A stretch of 64,000 nt of DNA, taken from NCBI GenBank assembly GCA_951406725.2, contig OX597814.1:18786001-18850000 (forward strand), read 5' to 3'. Every line of letters starts with the position of its first letter. The first letter of the stretch is position 1. This document shows positions 15,297 through 30,517 of the stretch, one piece after another. Source of the DNA: Octopus vulgaris. Taxonomy: Eukaryota. A model generated the notes under the pieces. That model saw only the letters and a list, made by a program, of their open reading frames with translations, did no database searches and had not been told where the DNA came from. The translations under genes were made by a program, and so were the position numbers.

Positions 15297-15643
15297 TTAT
15301 ATATATATCGAACCTACTAGAGTAAACAAGAGAGACAGAGACAGAGATAGGCAGAAACAAGGAAGATGTCCCTTGTATTTGAATACTATACAAATATTCT
15401 TTAAAAAAACTTTTCATTTAATTTTTCCAAAATTTGTTTTCCATACTTACAGTTGAAAAAGTCTCAATGACCGAAACCGTTACTGAAATATTTTTCATAA
15501 AATTATTTCACCATTTTCTAACTTGAATTTTTTCCATATATATCTCAACTCATGTGTTCCTTTTCAACCTTCTACACACACACACAAACAGCCCCCACAT
15601 ATACACACACTCACACACTCACACACACACACACAGACACACA

Positions 15644-15757
<114 letters not shown>

Positions 15758-15993
15758 TATATTTTTTCGTAAATGATAGAGATTAGGTACTAATATGGAG
15801 TATAATTAACTTTGTTTTACAACTTAAATCATATGCTTATTATACTTATATAACTTTTCATATCTACGCTAATTTACCCCAGAAATTTCAAAGTAAAGTA
15901 TGAAGAAAGTTCATTAGAAATCTTTTGGAAGCTCCTCCAATTAAAAGACGAATTCTCATATGTATATATATGTATATATATATATATATACAT

Positions 15994-16084
<91 letters not shown>

Positions 16085-16491
16085 GGAAAAGAATATGGAC
16101 ATTGAATGCACACTCTTTTATTTGATGTTACATTTGCTTCAGTATGCAGCAATACATGACGTCATACTATAAACGCAACCAGCAGATGCACCCAATAGGT
16201 AAGCAAACTGACACCTGAAGAGGAAATTGATGAATACTAAAACATATATAGCAAATCACATAATAATTTACCAAGTCAATGCCCAAGTTCTTTTCTCTTG
16301 ATTTTGCTGTGTTCTGTGTATCACACCCTGTGTGTACAAGCGACTACAGGAGTTTAAGGATATTAAAATCACTGCCGAAACCGGAAGAGCTTAATTGTCG
16401 CGTGCGTGTCAAGCAGATCTAATCATACATATATATAAATGCTTATGTGTGTGTGCGTATGTATGTGTGTACGTACGTACATACATACGAA

Positions 16492-16869
<378 letters not shown>

Positions 16870-17639
16870 TTTAGATTATATTACACCTCCTGAACGAAAA
16901 TAATATCATTATCTCCAGGCACTCTTTTATGATATAACTCGACAAACTCCCGGTATAATTTCTACCTTCGTTACATACACCAAATATTTCACTTATTAAA
17001 AATGTAAATGAACTAAGTATCTAAAATAAATGAATTATTGATATGCCAGGGTCATATAAATCTATTTTAATAAGAATTACACTGTTGAACCGAATGACGA
17101 ATTGCTTTATTAAAGACAAGCATCAAGATATGATTCTGGCAACACATAGTATTTGAAATATTATCATTGCATTCCTTTAAAAATTTCGTTGAACAATTCG
17201 TTGCCTATGTGTGAGATGTCGTGAACCATAATAACACTTGAACATCGAATGCACACTTTGGGCTATATTTGAAAAGACTAAAGATTGAATTCACATGTTT
17301 CGAGTCTCTGAAGAACATATGCGTATGACCTCAATTGACATGAAGGTGAGAGAAACAGCACAACAACATGCTATTTAAATCGCCGCCAGAAATGGTATCG
17401 CACCAAAGAAATGCAAGAAAGCAGTAAGGATTGTACTTGCAAGAAAGGTCATATGTGATGTTGAAATATATTGTCTTTGCTGGCCTAAAGCGGTTAGACC
17501 ACCTACTTACAGTAAAAGCCATTTCCATAGAGACAATGCCGAAGAAACGTACAATGCTGCAGAAGTCCACCGAACTACAGAGAATTGTCTAAAATGTAAG
17601 ACGAACGCTATTCCTTTATTTATGTATATGTGTAGCTAT

Positions 17640-17686
<47 letters not shown>

Positions 17687-18379
17687 GAACAGACAGACAA
17701 ATTCAAACAAACAAAGCCATACAGATATCTATAGTGTATGTACATATTTATATGCGTATGATCGCACATAGCTAGTGAGATAGCCATGCACACAGACACA
17801 TATGTGTGTGTTTATATGTGTGTGTAAATACATACATACATGCATGAATGCATGCATGCATACATGCATACATACGTACGTACGTACATACGTACGTACG
17901 TACATACGTCAGTAACTACATAAATTCATAATATCATCTGAGTAATAACCTCATAACGTGCATTTCAAAGCTCTAAAACGGTTATCGGCTATCCTATGTC
18001 ATCATATAGCAGGAATAGTCATTTTACTGCAAGTATATATAGAAATTTGTTAGTGTACGTAGAATTCATTTAAAAATTTATAAAACAAGAGGATGAAGGA
18101 ACAGGATCACATCACACCACAACAATTGTATCTGTTGTTATTTGCTGAGTTTTCCTTATCATACTATTATATAAGTATTAGGTAAATAAATATGATCTAA
18201 CTGTAGCCGTGTAGCTGCGCGCCATCAATGTTACCAATGCGCAGAAACAATTGTGGTGATTTGTGATTAAAGGGTTTAAGCCTGTTCATTTCATCATCGT
18301 GTTTTAAAGTTTATATATATTATATATATGTGTATGTTTGTGTGTAAGCGTATGTCTATATATATATGTGTGATTTCCT

Positions 18380-18722
18380 AGGAGTGGCTGTGTGGTAAGT
18401 AGCTTACTTACGAACTACATGGTTCCGGGTTCAGTCCCACTGCGTGGCACCTTGGGCAAGTGTCTTCTGCTATAGCCTCGGGCTGGCCAAAGCCTGGTGA
18501 GTGGGTTTGGTAGACGGAAACTGAAAGAAGCCCGTCATATATATGTATATATATATGTGTGTGTGTATGTATGTATATGTTTGTGTGTCTGTGTTTGTCC
18601 CCCTATTTACGTCCCCGTAACTTAGCGGTCCAGCAAAAGAGACCGATAGAATAATTCCTGGGGTCGATTTGCTCGACTACAGGTGGTGCTCCAGCATGGC
18701 TAACTGAAACAAACAAAAGAGT
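18380..18722 (+). mobile_element. SINE family A (internally deleted)
   Basis: aggagtggctgtgtggtaagtagc...ggttcagtcccactgcgtggcacc head plus family tail. Confidence 0.9.
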
Positions 18723-19071
18723 ATATGTACATACGCACAGATGTATTTATATATAAACTTACATGCATACATATATGAATGTGCGTGCGTGTGTGTATGT
18801 ATGTGAGTGTAGATATGCATGTATGTTTGTGTTGTGTATTGTGTGTCCATGCATGTATTTATTTGGCGCAATAGAGTCCTAGATAAAATCATGGTGTCCA
18901 TATTTTCATTTGAATTTTATGTCTCCAAATCTTCAACTAGAGAGCATTAGATTTAATAAGCAAAGAGAAAGACAAAAACAAGCGAGAAAAAGAGAGGGAA
19001 GAGAGACAGAGAGAGAAAGAGAGACAGAGAAAGAGAGACAGGGAGAGGAAGAGAGACAGACAGAGAGAGAA

Positions 19072-19107
<36 letters not shown>

Positions 19108-19260
19108 ATGTTACTTTAGTACATATATACTAAGCATAGAATATCATGAGAAGTGTGCCGTTGTGCCTAGGTTGCAATGCAATTTTGTTAATTAGTTGAT
19201 ATTCTCTCAAATTAGTTAAATATATTGACTGGAAAAAGAAATCATCACACATATATATAT

Positions 19261-19494
19261 ATATTTCTTTACTACCCACAAGGGGCTAAACACAGAGGGG
19301 ACAAACAAGGACAGACAAAGGGATTAAGTCGATTACATCGACCCCAGTACGTAACTGGTACTTAATTTATCGACCTCGAAAGGATGAAAGGCAAAGTCGA
19401 CCTCGGCGGAATTTGAACTCGGAACGTAACGGCAGACGAAATACGGCTACGCATTTCGCCCGGCGTGCTAACGTTTCTGCCAGCTCGCCGCCTT
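19261..19494 (-). mobile_element. SINE family B, full length
   Basis: Reverse complement of aaggcggcgagctggcagaaacgttagc...gagttcaaattcc...gtcgactttgcctttcatcc; copies at 39651, 54887, 55110, 63344, 63841. Confidence 0.9.
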
Positions 19495-20132
19495 ATCACA
19501 CATATATATATAGACATCACACATATATATAGACATACGCTGACGCACAAACATACATATGTATATTCTGTTGCGGATGATGATTGCAGCTACGAAGATA
19601 GATAAAATCCGATGTTCTAGATCGGTATTAGAAGCAAGACTTGTATGGAGAAAGGTAGAAGCACGCCCTTCTACAAAACAGCATTGAAATCTCTTTCTCA
19701 AATCCTATCCCACTAGTTCACAAAAACGAAGGAAACATGTAACTAATGTATTCTTAGATACACTATGCCGATCTAAAGATGAGTTAGTTAGAGATGAAAG
19801 TTGAGAAATACAGTGGAGCTAATTAAAAGCACAGATATTTTTGAACTTTATCAAGTCTTTTGTAGCTTCTTAACATACATGAAAGCTGAAAGCACGTAGC
19901 CTAGTCGTCAAGCTGATGCTCTCACGATTGTGATTTCGATTCCCAGCGTCTTCTTCATTAAAATACATCATTCCTTGTTATTCCTTTCTATTTCGCTGTA
20001 AATGAATAACTTTGCCACCACATACTGGCGTCCTGCTCAGAGAGTGTGTTGTGTTCTAGGGCACTTATAAGCCAGAGAAACTAGATAGACCCCCACTCTC
20101 CGCCATAGGATACGAAGCACTAACGTTCAATA

Positions 20133-20310
20133 GTGGTTGTTGTTGTTCTTGTTGTTGTTGATGATGATGATGATGATGATGACGACGAAGACGACGACGA
20201 TGATGACGACGACGATGATGATGATGATGACGAAGATGGTGATGATGATGGTGATGGGGATGATGATGGTGATGATGATGATGACGATGACGACGATGAT
20301 GATGATGATA
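20133..20310. repeat. (GTT)n/(GAT/GAC)n trinucleotide low-complexity tract
   Basis: Seen directly. Confidence 0.9.
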
Positions 20311-20394
20311 ACTACTTCGCCACCAATGTGAAGTATTGTCTCACTAACCTGTATGTGCCCGCTCAAAGAATTGGTCTCCTATGAACAGGCCACT

Positions 20395-21323
20395 TACGAG
20401 ATGATACCAAAAAAGTTCCCGCACAAGTTTGGAAGCACGCCAACCGATGGTGGCACATGGTTTCGTGCGAAATGAGAGCTTGTAGTGACCTTCAGACGGC
20501 AGTGTACCGATTGACATTGCTGCGTTTACGTTGTGCTGTGCAATTTTGTCATGGTCAGCAACAACGAACCAACGAGAAATTTTGCGCTAAACTAGGGAAG
20601 TCTACTCCTGAGACCTGGAGCATACCCTGGCAAGCTTACGGCGATGAGGCAATGGGTTGTACGCAATGATTCGTGTTGCATGGGCGCTTCAAAAGCGGAA
20701 GAACATCCTGGAAGAAGATGAGCGATCTGGAAGACCTGCCACGAATATCAACCGGGGAATCAAGAATTTGTCCCCTACGGTCAGACTGTCAATGGCGAAT
20801 TCTACTGCGAATTTTCGAAGTGTTTGAGACAGCACATTCGGCGAAAGTGATCGGAACTGTGGGGCGTGAAGAATTGGATTCTTGGATTCTTCACAACGAT
20901 AATGCGACCGCTCACCGAATTCCCCGCACTCGTGAGTTTCTCACCGAAAACCACATGGTATCGCTTCCGCATCCGCCCCCTTCGCCAGGTTTAGCACCTG
21001 GGGACTTCCATCTCTTCCCAAGATGATAATGTAGCCCAAAGGTTACCGTTTTAACACGGTTGTGGAGATCCATATTGAATCGCGAAAGTTTCTCAACTCG
21101 CTTACGGAATACGACTTCCAGACCGGATTCCAAATGTAAGAGAAACGCTGGAACCGGTGTATTCCTGCACAAGGTGACTATTTCGAAGAAAATAATATTA
21201 AAAGTTAGGAAACTATTTCGAAAGAGATGATATTAAAACTTAGATATTAAAATTTATATGATATCAAAAATAACTTATTTTTCGTCGAACATAAGTTCTG
21301 GAACTTTTTGACACCACATCGTA
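20395..21323 (+). mobile_element. Internally deleted mariner (DD34D) element
   Basis: KFCAKLGKS...AYGDEAM...RFKSGRTS HTH region; WILHNDNATAH...HPPPSPGLAPGDF with 34 residues between the two D. TIRs tacgagatgataccaaaaaagttcc / ggaactttttgacaccacatcgta with TA ends. Confidence 0.9.
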
Positions 21324-22893
21324 GTAGTATACTCTTCGACTAACACACTACATTCTTACTTGCAGCACACTATCGTATTTTCTTAGGCCTTTCACAACAC
21401 AACTACAACCTATAATCATATTAATTGGTTTCTTCTCAAAGGCACCAACCTACAATAATTAAATTATTCAAATTAAACATCATTGATTGGAAACTTGAGA
21501 ACATAAACCATTAAATAAATACTTCTCTCAGATTTTGGTTAGTATAGCTTTTACATAAACATACATTACATACCGCATCCAAAGTAAAACAAGTCGTCTG
21601 ATTAGCATTAGATCTATCACAAATACATTCTAACTTTCGGCCAAAAATATTTTGTCTCCACGTTTTGATTTTTCTACCACTATTATTTAGACAATGCTCC
21701 TCGGAACTGGAAAATCACGTGCAAAATAGTCAGATAATATCCATCAGTTTGACCAAAGTGCCGAGAATAGCAAAGATGTTGATGCTCGGTCAACAGTGTG
21801 GATGCTTGGATTACAGTGTTCGGGTGTTCACGTAGGAGTTAATGACGATCTATGAGTTGGACTGTGTCTCAAAGACATGGTCGTAATTACAAAGCCGACG
21901 GAGGAATCGGGAAAAGGGAATGGACAGTTTGGTGTGGAATGAAAAGTTTGGGTGGCAGCGGAAGTCTGTAGGTTTTTTAGTGGATAGAAGTGATAACAGA
22001 GGGTTGGCTGATGTATTATATAAACAAAACTTAAAATTCTGGTTATAGAGATACCAAAGGTTTCGTATTCACGAAAGCCAAAGCCTTGTGGACACCTTGT
22101 CAGACTACACAAAGACAAAAAAAATTTAAACTTTCTACCATATATGGAGTGAATCTCATTCGTTTGACATTAAAGATTCAGTTGTCGCATTAACATAATT
22201 ACCTACTCCTGATATAGCATGTATGTACCTGAACATTCCACAGTGAAGTATATTATTACCGTAATTCTCACCAGCATGAACTTGATGTATAGTGTGTGAC
22301 AAGAATGTATATTTCTGAAGAACAGATACAACTCTCCAACGGCCTTCTATAGAGTTTCCATCAATCCAGATACTCTCCAAAAGTATGGCTCAATTCATCG
22401 TTATTAACAAAATGATATTGATGCAAGATGCTTCGCATTAGAATCAAATTGAACACCTCATGATTCCGAAAGCACACCTCTTAACTGTTTGGTCATATTA
22501 GATATACACCCGGGAGTAGTGATTCTTCATAGTCAGGTCAGCCCTAGAAAGCAAGTTTATGATTAAATGGAATCTAGCTATGTACATACACTTGTGTCAG
22601 AAATTAATTAGCACTTCTCAAATTTCTACATTAAATAGGTTAAATCAATTAACCTATGAGCTGTTCAAAACGACTTACGCGATGAGAAAACTTAGTATGG
22701 TGTGATTTCGGTCCTTGCGAGGCGCTACCTATATCTATTAAACAAAGGAATTTGTCTGCATCCGCACTCCAAGTTGTTGTTGCACTGCTATGTCAACATC
22801 ATAAGGCTGTAGACTCTCAAACTGCTCTGCAAACAAAGTTACGTCATCGTTCTGCGCAACAGTGAACTCGCAACAAAGCAATAGTTCGAGATA

Positions 22894-22912
22894 TGGCCAC
22901 TAGGTGACAGCA
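22894..22912 (+). promoter_or_regulatory. CTCF-like motif
   Basis: tggccactaggtgacagca, one mismatch from the CCACTAGGTGGCAG-type core, in non-repetitive sequence. Confidence 0.25.
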
Positions 22913-23404
22913 CATACCTTGAGTGAAGCGCAAATCAAGGGTGCTAATTAATTTCTGATGGTAGTGTAGCTGCTATTATTAGAGATTGCGTGACTTCTTA
23001 CAGGTATCATTTTAAAAGAGGAGCAGTAGTTGTGGGAAACTGCATTACACGTAAGTACTTATTATCTCAGACAAGAAGGCATCAAAAGACAAACTAACTG
23101 GAACAGATTTGAACAATGGAAACTTAACTCCAAGACAAAAGAGAAGTCCGCATGCTTTCAATGTTTGGAAACTCGTCGTCATATAAAGTTTGCTTCTAAA
23201 TAGTGAAACATATTGCACGAATAATTATAATTAATAATTGAATTTGTTAATTAATTAATTAGTCTTGCTTATTTAGTAATTAGACTGCTGTTAATCATAA
23301 TAGGGTGAGTATGCTGAATGAGAGAGTTTGTATGTTATGTGATTGTGGGTTCTGATTCAAGTGAAATAGGAAGTTTGTTATATACACACGGACTTACACA
23401 CATA

Positions 23405-23439
<35 letters not shown>

Positions 23440-23518
23440 GCACACACATCAACATGTACACACTTATATACATACACGTACATATATGTGTGTATATATG
23501 TATATATATATGTATGTA

Positions 23519-23704
<186 letters not shown>

Positions 23705-24087
23705 GTCAGACAAAGGAAGAGAGAAAGAAAGAGCAAGGCAGAGAGGGAGCGCGCATGAAAGGAAGAGGAGCTGAGCGAATGACAGAAAGCGAACAGTACA
23801 GGGTTAAATAAAATAAAGAGAAAAATAACAAAACGAAAATAATGAGCTATTGGTAAAAATTCCACCAGTGGGTTTGTTCTATTAGTTGTGCTTGCGTGAA
23901 GCTAATATGAAACTGCTGACTACGGATATTTCAGCCTCGAGACTCCAATGTAGAGGAAGTACAAAAGTTGATCAAGATATCAGAACAGTACAGTGTTGCA
24001 AATGCTTCGAGCAAATAGCTGCTAATAGACAATTTGCAATTGTCAGGGTCCTTCTTTGTTGTTTGTCTAGTAAAGTGATTTTATATA

Positions 24088-24154
<67 letters not shown>

Positions 24155-24443
24155 TTTCTTTATTTATTTTCTATTTTTGTTATTTATATTCTTGGCTGTT
24201 TAACTGCTTTGACACGTCCAAGCTTCCATATGCTTATTAAAGGCTGACTGTGTGGTTAAGAAAATGCCTTTTTGCAACCGCGTGCATCTGGTTTCGATCC
24301 CGCTGCGTGGCACCTTGAGCTAGTATCTCCTACAATAGCCCCAGCTTGACTAATATATTGCAAGTAGAATTCGGTATATGTATATGTCTGTTGAGTGTGT
24401 AGGGGAAGTGTTGTGTATATACACATATTTACAAGTAAGTATG

Positions 24444-24523
<80 letters not shown>

Positions 24524-25052
24524 GACAATATATTTATGTTTTATGTATGTATGTATGTATGTGTGTGTGTGTGTGTATATAGATACATGTATGTGTGTGT
24601 GTATTTATTTATATTTATAACATTATATATAGAAATTGTGGAGACGCGTGGCTTAGTGATTAGGGGAGCTGGACTCATGCTCATAAAATTAGTTTCGATT
24701 CCTGCATCGAGTGACGTTTTGTATTCTGGAGCCAAGCAATTTATTTCACGAAAAAATCAGCAAATCTGCAACAGACTGGCGTCGCATCCATGGGAGATAT
24801 ATGCATCCATGGAAAAAAGGGAAGCCACTGCTACGATCCTATATGACTCAAGAAACATTTTTCTCATTTATTGCTTTATATATATATAACTATTATCGGG
24901 ATTAACTTGAAGTTTCGGTCATGTAGCTCCTAGCAATCCAATACAGTCTACATAGCCATATGCTATAATGTATTGTGTGACGCCTCACTTTAAGATCTGA
25001 GTGTTATATATTCAACTATTTACGAAAGCAAATATTAATCTATTTATCTCTT

Positions 25053-25157
<105 letters not shown>

Positions 25158-25163
25158 AGAAAT

Positions 25164-25500
25164 GGAGTTATTCAAATCTTTATACTTCCGACATATGTTT
25201 CGAAGGAAACATTGGTATTATTCCAGAGGGAATAAAATGATGTAAAACAATATGAGATCTTGTCATCAGGCAAAAAGAGAAACAACGTCAATAAGCCATT
25301 TTAACTGCGTATATGAAGGGAGCGCTTGCTTTCATCATATATGCAGCCATCACATTCGGTTAAAATGGCTTATGGATGTTGTTTCTCGTCTTTTCTCTGA
25401 GGAGACGATCGCATTGTTTTACATCATTTTATTCCCTCTGGAATAATACCAATGTTTCCTTCGAAGCATATGTCGGAAATATAAAGATTTGAATAACACC
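25164..25500. repeat. Long inverted repeat (~140-bp arms), Penelope-like, with one type I hammerhead-like motif per arm
   Basis: 25164-25305 is the reverse complement of ~25357-25500; CUGA(U/G)GA ... GAA(A/G)CAUAUGUC GGAA. Confidence 0.85.
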
Positions 25501-25673
25501 TGCGTTTAACTACATTTCTTTATGTATGTATGTATGTATGTATGTATGTATGTATGTATGTATGTATGTATGTATGTATGTATGTATGTATGCATGTATG
25601 TATGTATGTATCAATCTACCTACCTACCTATCTACCTACATACCTACCTGCCTACCTACCTATGTAGCTACAT

Positions 25674-25732
<59 letters not shown>

Positions 25733-26037
25733 TATATATGGTGGGTGTATGTGTGTACATATTTGCATATGTATGTATCATATATATGTGTGTGTATGTC
25801 TATGTGCGTATGTACACATACACACAAATGCACACACGCACATACATGTACACACATATACATACATGCAAACAAGCATGTAATACATACAGATATATAT
25901 ATACATAAATATATATATATATATATATATATGCATATTTAAATAATAAGGGTAAAAAATTGAATATTGAGTTCAATTATATCAATTTAAACCTAGCATA
26001 TTGTAAAAAAATCTGAAGATTCAGAAAAGTTATATTA

Positions 26038-26325
26038 CATACATATAAGAGGAATGACCATTCGGTGGACATCCAGTATGCTAGATGTAGACCTCATATG
26101 GTCTGACCACTGAGAACAGATTGTTCTCAAGAAAATTCAGCAAACGCCAGAACGTAAGCGAGCAATACAAATGAAAAGATGCAAAATATTATTTCCCCTG
26201 TTCGCTTACGTTGTGGCGTTTGCTGAATTTTCTTGAGAACAATCTTTTCTTAGCGGTCAGACCGTTTTGGGTTTACATCTAGCATATTGGATGTCCACTT
26301 AGTGGTCATCCTCTCTTATATGTAT
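26038..26325. repeat. Long inverted repeat (~125-bp arms)
   Basis: acatataagaggaatgacca...acgtaagcga versus tcgcttacgt...tggtcatcctctcttatatgt. Confidence 0.9.
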
Positions 26326-26328
26326 GTA

Positions 26329-26426
<98 letters not shown>

Positions 26427-26856
26427 TGTGTGTTTATGAAAATATTTGTATGCATGAGTTTATATGCCTTCATACACACAAACATGCACATATATGTCTG
26501 TATACGTGTTTCAAGGTATTCTACTAACACATACTTTTTCGACCAATCAAATTAGTTATTGCTCTAAGAAAGTATACGAGTTACAGATTCGATAATATTA
26601 AAAGAAACCCTGTGCACTCAATTTGATATAAATACTGTATTGTTTCTGTGTATATTTCAGCAGGGGTGTGCATTACTGAATTATATGGACCACCCAATTG
26701 CAAATAAACTTTTTCAATACGTTTTATCAATGCAATATCAAGGAAATCACTTTTTTTATTTAGAAAATCTTTATAAGAGATGTAAGTCGTAACTATACCG
26801 AGAAGTAATGTTTATCGTCAATATGAATATGATCTCGCACACATATGCATATATTT

Positions 26857-27261
26857 TTTTCTTTTACTCGTTTCAGCCATTTGACGGCGGCCATGCTGGA
26901 ACACCGTCTTTTGTCGAGCAAATTGACCCCCAGGACTTATTCTTTGTAAGTCTAGTACTTATTATATCTATCAGTCTCTTTTGCTGAATCGCTAAGTTAC
27001 GGGGACGTAAACACGCCAGCATCGGTTGTCAAGCGATGTTGGGGGGGGGACAAACACAGACACACAAAGACACATACACATATATATACATATACGTATA
27101 TACGACGGGCTTCTTTTCAGTTTCCGTCTACCAAATCCACTAACAAGGTTTTGGTCGGCCCGAGGCTACAGTAGAAGACACTTGCCCAAGGTGCCATGCA
27201 GTGGGACTGAACCCGGAACTATGTAGTTGGTAAGCTACTTAGCAAACAGCTACTCCTGCGC

Positions 27262-27263
<2 letters not shown>
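26857..27263 (-). mobile_element. SINE family A, full length
   Basis: Homology to 13758-14224. Confidence 0.9.
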
Positions 27264-27309
<46 letters not shown>

Positions 27310-27330
27310 GCCTATACATACATACCTACC

Positions 27331-27400
<70 letters not shown>

Positions 27401-27893
27401 GGCGAATAACCAAGTGGTTAGTCATCTGAGCTTATTAGCTGCTCCGCGGGAATCGACGTTACTACTGTTTTTAACTCCTGCAGGAGCCTCCTCTAACTGG
27501 TTATTGATGCAATTTGCACGTTATATGTATTGCAAGCAGAGGAGCGAACCCCCACCATCTTCTAGCAGACGACGGGATCTCCGGACCGTACGGTTTCGAT
27601 CTCTTTGTGCCCATCCTCAGTGGTGGGTTTTATTGTTGGTGATTTTTGTTTTGTGTTTTAATCCTCCACTTAATATCAAATGGGCTCAGGATGACCTGAG
27701 TCATAACGAAGGTGGGCATCCTGAGAACTAATCCGATTTACTTTGATAATGTCTACATTATGAAATGAGTCCTTCTTATATGAAACAGAAGAATGATATT
27801 TACGTGAAATCTTTTTTGCTGCTATTTCTAGGAAAACGAATTAATGTGTTGAGGGTCCACATTGCACATTTGCTTTCTCTATATACCTAAATT

Positions 27894-28196
27894 GGAGGCG
27901 CAATGGTCCAGTTGTTAGAGCAGCGGACTCGCGGTCGTTGGATAGCGGTTTCGATTCCCAGACCGGGCGTTGTGTGTGTTTATCGAGCGAAAACACCTAA
28001 AAGCTCCACGAGGCTCCGGTAGGGGGTGGTGATCCCAGCTGTACTCTTTCACCACTCTTTCTCTCACTCTTTCGTCTGTTGGCCTGCTCGCTTAGCTAGC
28101 GGGGTGGCGTCATTCGAAGGCTAAAACAATGCGAACGCATTGTGACCAGCGATGTGTAGCAACATCTGATGGTCTGGTCGGTCACGTGATTACGTG
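27894..28196 (+). mobile_element. SINE family D (tRNA-derived) with 13-bp target-site duplication
   Basis: Head ggaggcgcaatggtccagttgttagagc...ggtttcgattccc; tail (cacgtgat)-like; TSD atatacctaaatt at 27881-27893 and 28197-28209. Confidence 0.85.
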
Positions 28197-28284
28197 ATAT
28201 ACCTAAATTACTTATTTTAGTTATATTCCCCCTATTTTCGGTAAATCTCATTCTGGAAATCTCATTCTGTCCAGTATACTTTAT

Positions 28285-28700
28285 CTTTTTTTATATTTGT
28301 TTCAGACCTTTGACTGCGGCCATACTGGGGCATCGCCATCAAGAGTCTTTAGTGGAACAAATCTACCGGGGGACCTTTTTTTTTATTAAACACTGGTATT
28401 TCTTCTATCGGTCTCTTTTGCCGAACCGCCATGTTACGGTAACATAAACACACAGGTTGTCAAGCGGTAGTGTGGATAAACACAGACACAAAGACACATA
28501 CACATAGATATATACGTGCATATATATGTGTGTGTGTGTGTGTGTACATATATACATACATGTATATGCATACACCTTTCAAGGTTTCGGTCGACCAGGG
28601 ACTATAGTAGGTACAACTTAACGAAGGTGCCACGCAGTGGAACTGACCCCTTGAATCAAGTTGTTAGGAAGTAAGTTTCTTACCACACAGGTACGCCTTC
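28285..28700 (-). mobile_element. SINE family A, degenerate
   Basis: Homology to family A. Confidence 0.75.
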
Positions 28701-30284
28701 ACCTACGTTCACGAAAAATATATTTATATCCTAGTAAAAATGTAATGAGAGGGTCACCGAGAGAGTCTCTATGAGGATGTTCCGCTCACTAAAAATCCCA
28801 AAAGAATGTCTTTCAAATCATCTTACCGCCATAGAAAACATCAAAAGCCGTATTGGATGATGTTGTCCTAGATATTTACAAAAAGACGAGAAGCCTACGG
28901 CTGGAATTCTTTTCATTGTATATCAGATCGATCAGTACTGACCTGGGGTTAGTCAAAACTACAATAACACCACCAACAAAAGAACAATAACCTTGATTAT
29001 AGTTTACTAGTACGCTCTTTTGTATAAGAGATATGTTTCGTCAAAGCAAATCCAATTTACTTCCCACAGTTAATTCAAACTGTGTGTGTGTGTGTCTCTC
29101 CCTCTCTCCGCTGCCGATGGATAAACACTATGAGGTTCGAATATTCTAGAGATGCCAAATGTAACTATATTATTATGCCTGATCGGTAAATATCTTGCTG
29201 TATTTACTTATGTCCTGTTCCTTTATGTTTTGTGTTATAATCTTACTCTTTGCTCGTGTATTCAAGGTACCGATAGAATAAAAACCATTCAAGCACAAAA
29301 GCTCAGAAAACTAATTATTCTCGACTCACCAAGAGGTATGTGACTGTTAGAAAGAACAGTGGATTGCGCGTGTCGTTTCAGAGTCCAACAAAAAAAATAC
29401 ATTGCGTTATTTAGCTACGGCGCTTTGCGTACTTTTTGGTTTCAGATTTTGACGGATTAATTCATTAGAATTATTTCCAAAATTCCTGTTTTTGTGCCTA
29501 TTCTAGCAATCGTTCTTACTAACAGAAATAATAGAGAAATGAAAATTAAGGCAACAATACGTATACATATACATACACTCATACCTACACACACATACAT
29601 ACATACACACACTCATTCATACAAACATGCACACACGCACATACACACACACGTACCAACTAGGTCGTCTGAATCACCGGTTCTTGTGCGAATTTAGTAC
29701 TCGCCCCCGTTTGATCATAGACTAAAATAGAAACAAAAACATTTTTCATTTCAGTATTTGGCTTTGCACATGAGTAATGACGGGTGGGGTATATGTGCGC
29801 GTGTGCACCTATGTGTGTGTGTGTGGGCGCCTCTGTATTCCTATATTTGATGCTATTGTTCCCTTGCTCCAAGACAACTACAAAACAGTTGACTCTTGAT
29901 ACGCAGTAAGTCAAACGAACGACTAGGTGAGATCCTGAGTTCCATAGTATTACATACCTCGATCTGGTAGAGGATTATAACACAACGTTTTGCAGTATTA
30001 CAGTGTAGCCCAGTTCTATGCTGTGCACTGTCTGATCACTTTGTCTTTGCCTCTAGTGATATTAGCCACTGCAAAGACAATCAAAGTTGACTCGGTCCAA
30101 AGGCGACTGTTAACTCTCTCGCTAGTGATGTGCATTCTATCGCAAAATTTAATGACAAATCAGATAAATAATAGTGGCATTCTTTCTCTGTAAAAGTATT
30201 TTTCTACATTTTTTTAGTCTATCCTGAATGAAAGCGATAGTGTTGGTAGAATCGCTTTGTTATAGCAGTAATGTGTATGTGCGT

Positions 30285-30331
<47 letters not shown>

Positions 30332-30517
30332 AATAAAATATATGCATATATATAAACATATATGTACGTACCTACCTCTACATGTACATATACACGCATA
30401 TATGTGTACAGGACACCAAAAGGACGTCGAACACATAGAGAGACGAAAAACATAGACACAAACCAAGGAACAAGACAAGCAAAAAAAGGAGATACAGGAC
30501 AATAAGCACAACGAAAA

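Noticed and set aside
20133-20384. Poly-Asp ORF
   Set aside because: (GAT/GAC)n microsatellite with no supporting exon context
27894-27965. Possible tRNA gene (also the other SINE heads)
   Set aside because: It continues into a SINE body and is bounded by a TSD; no complete cloverleaf was evident
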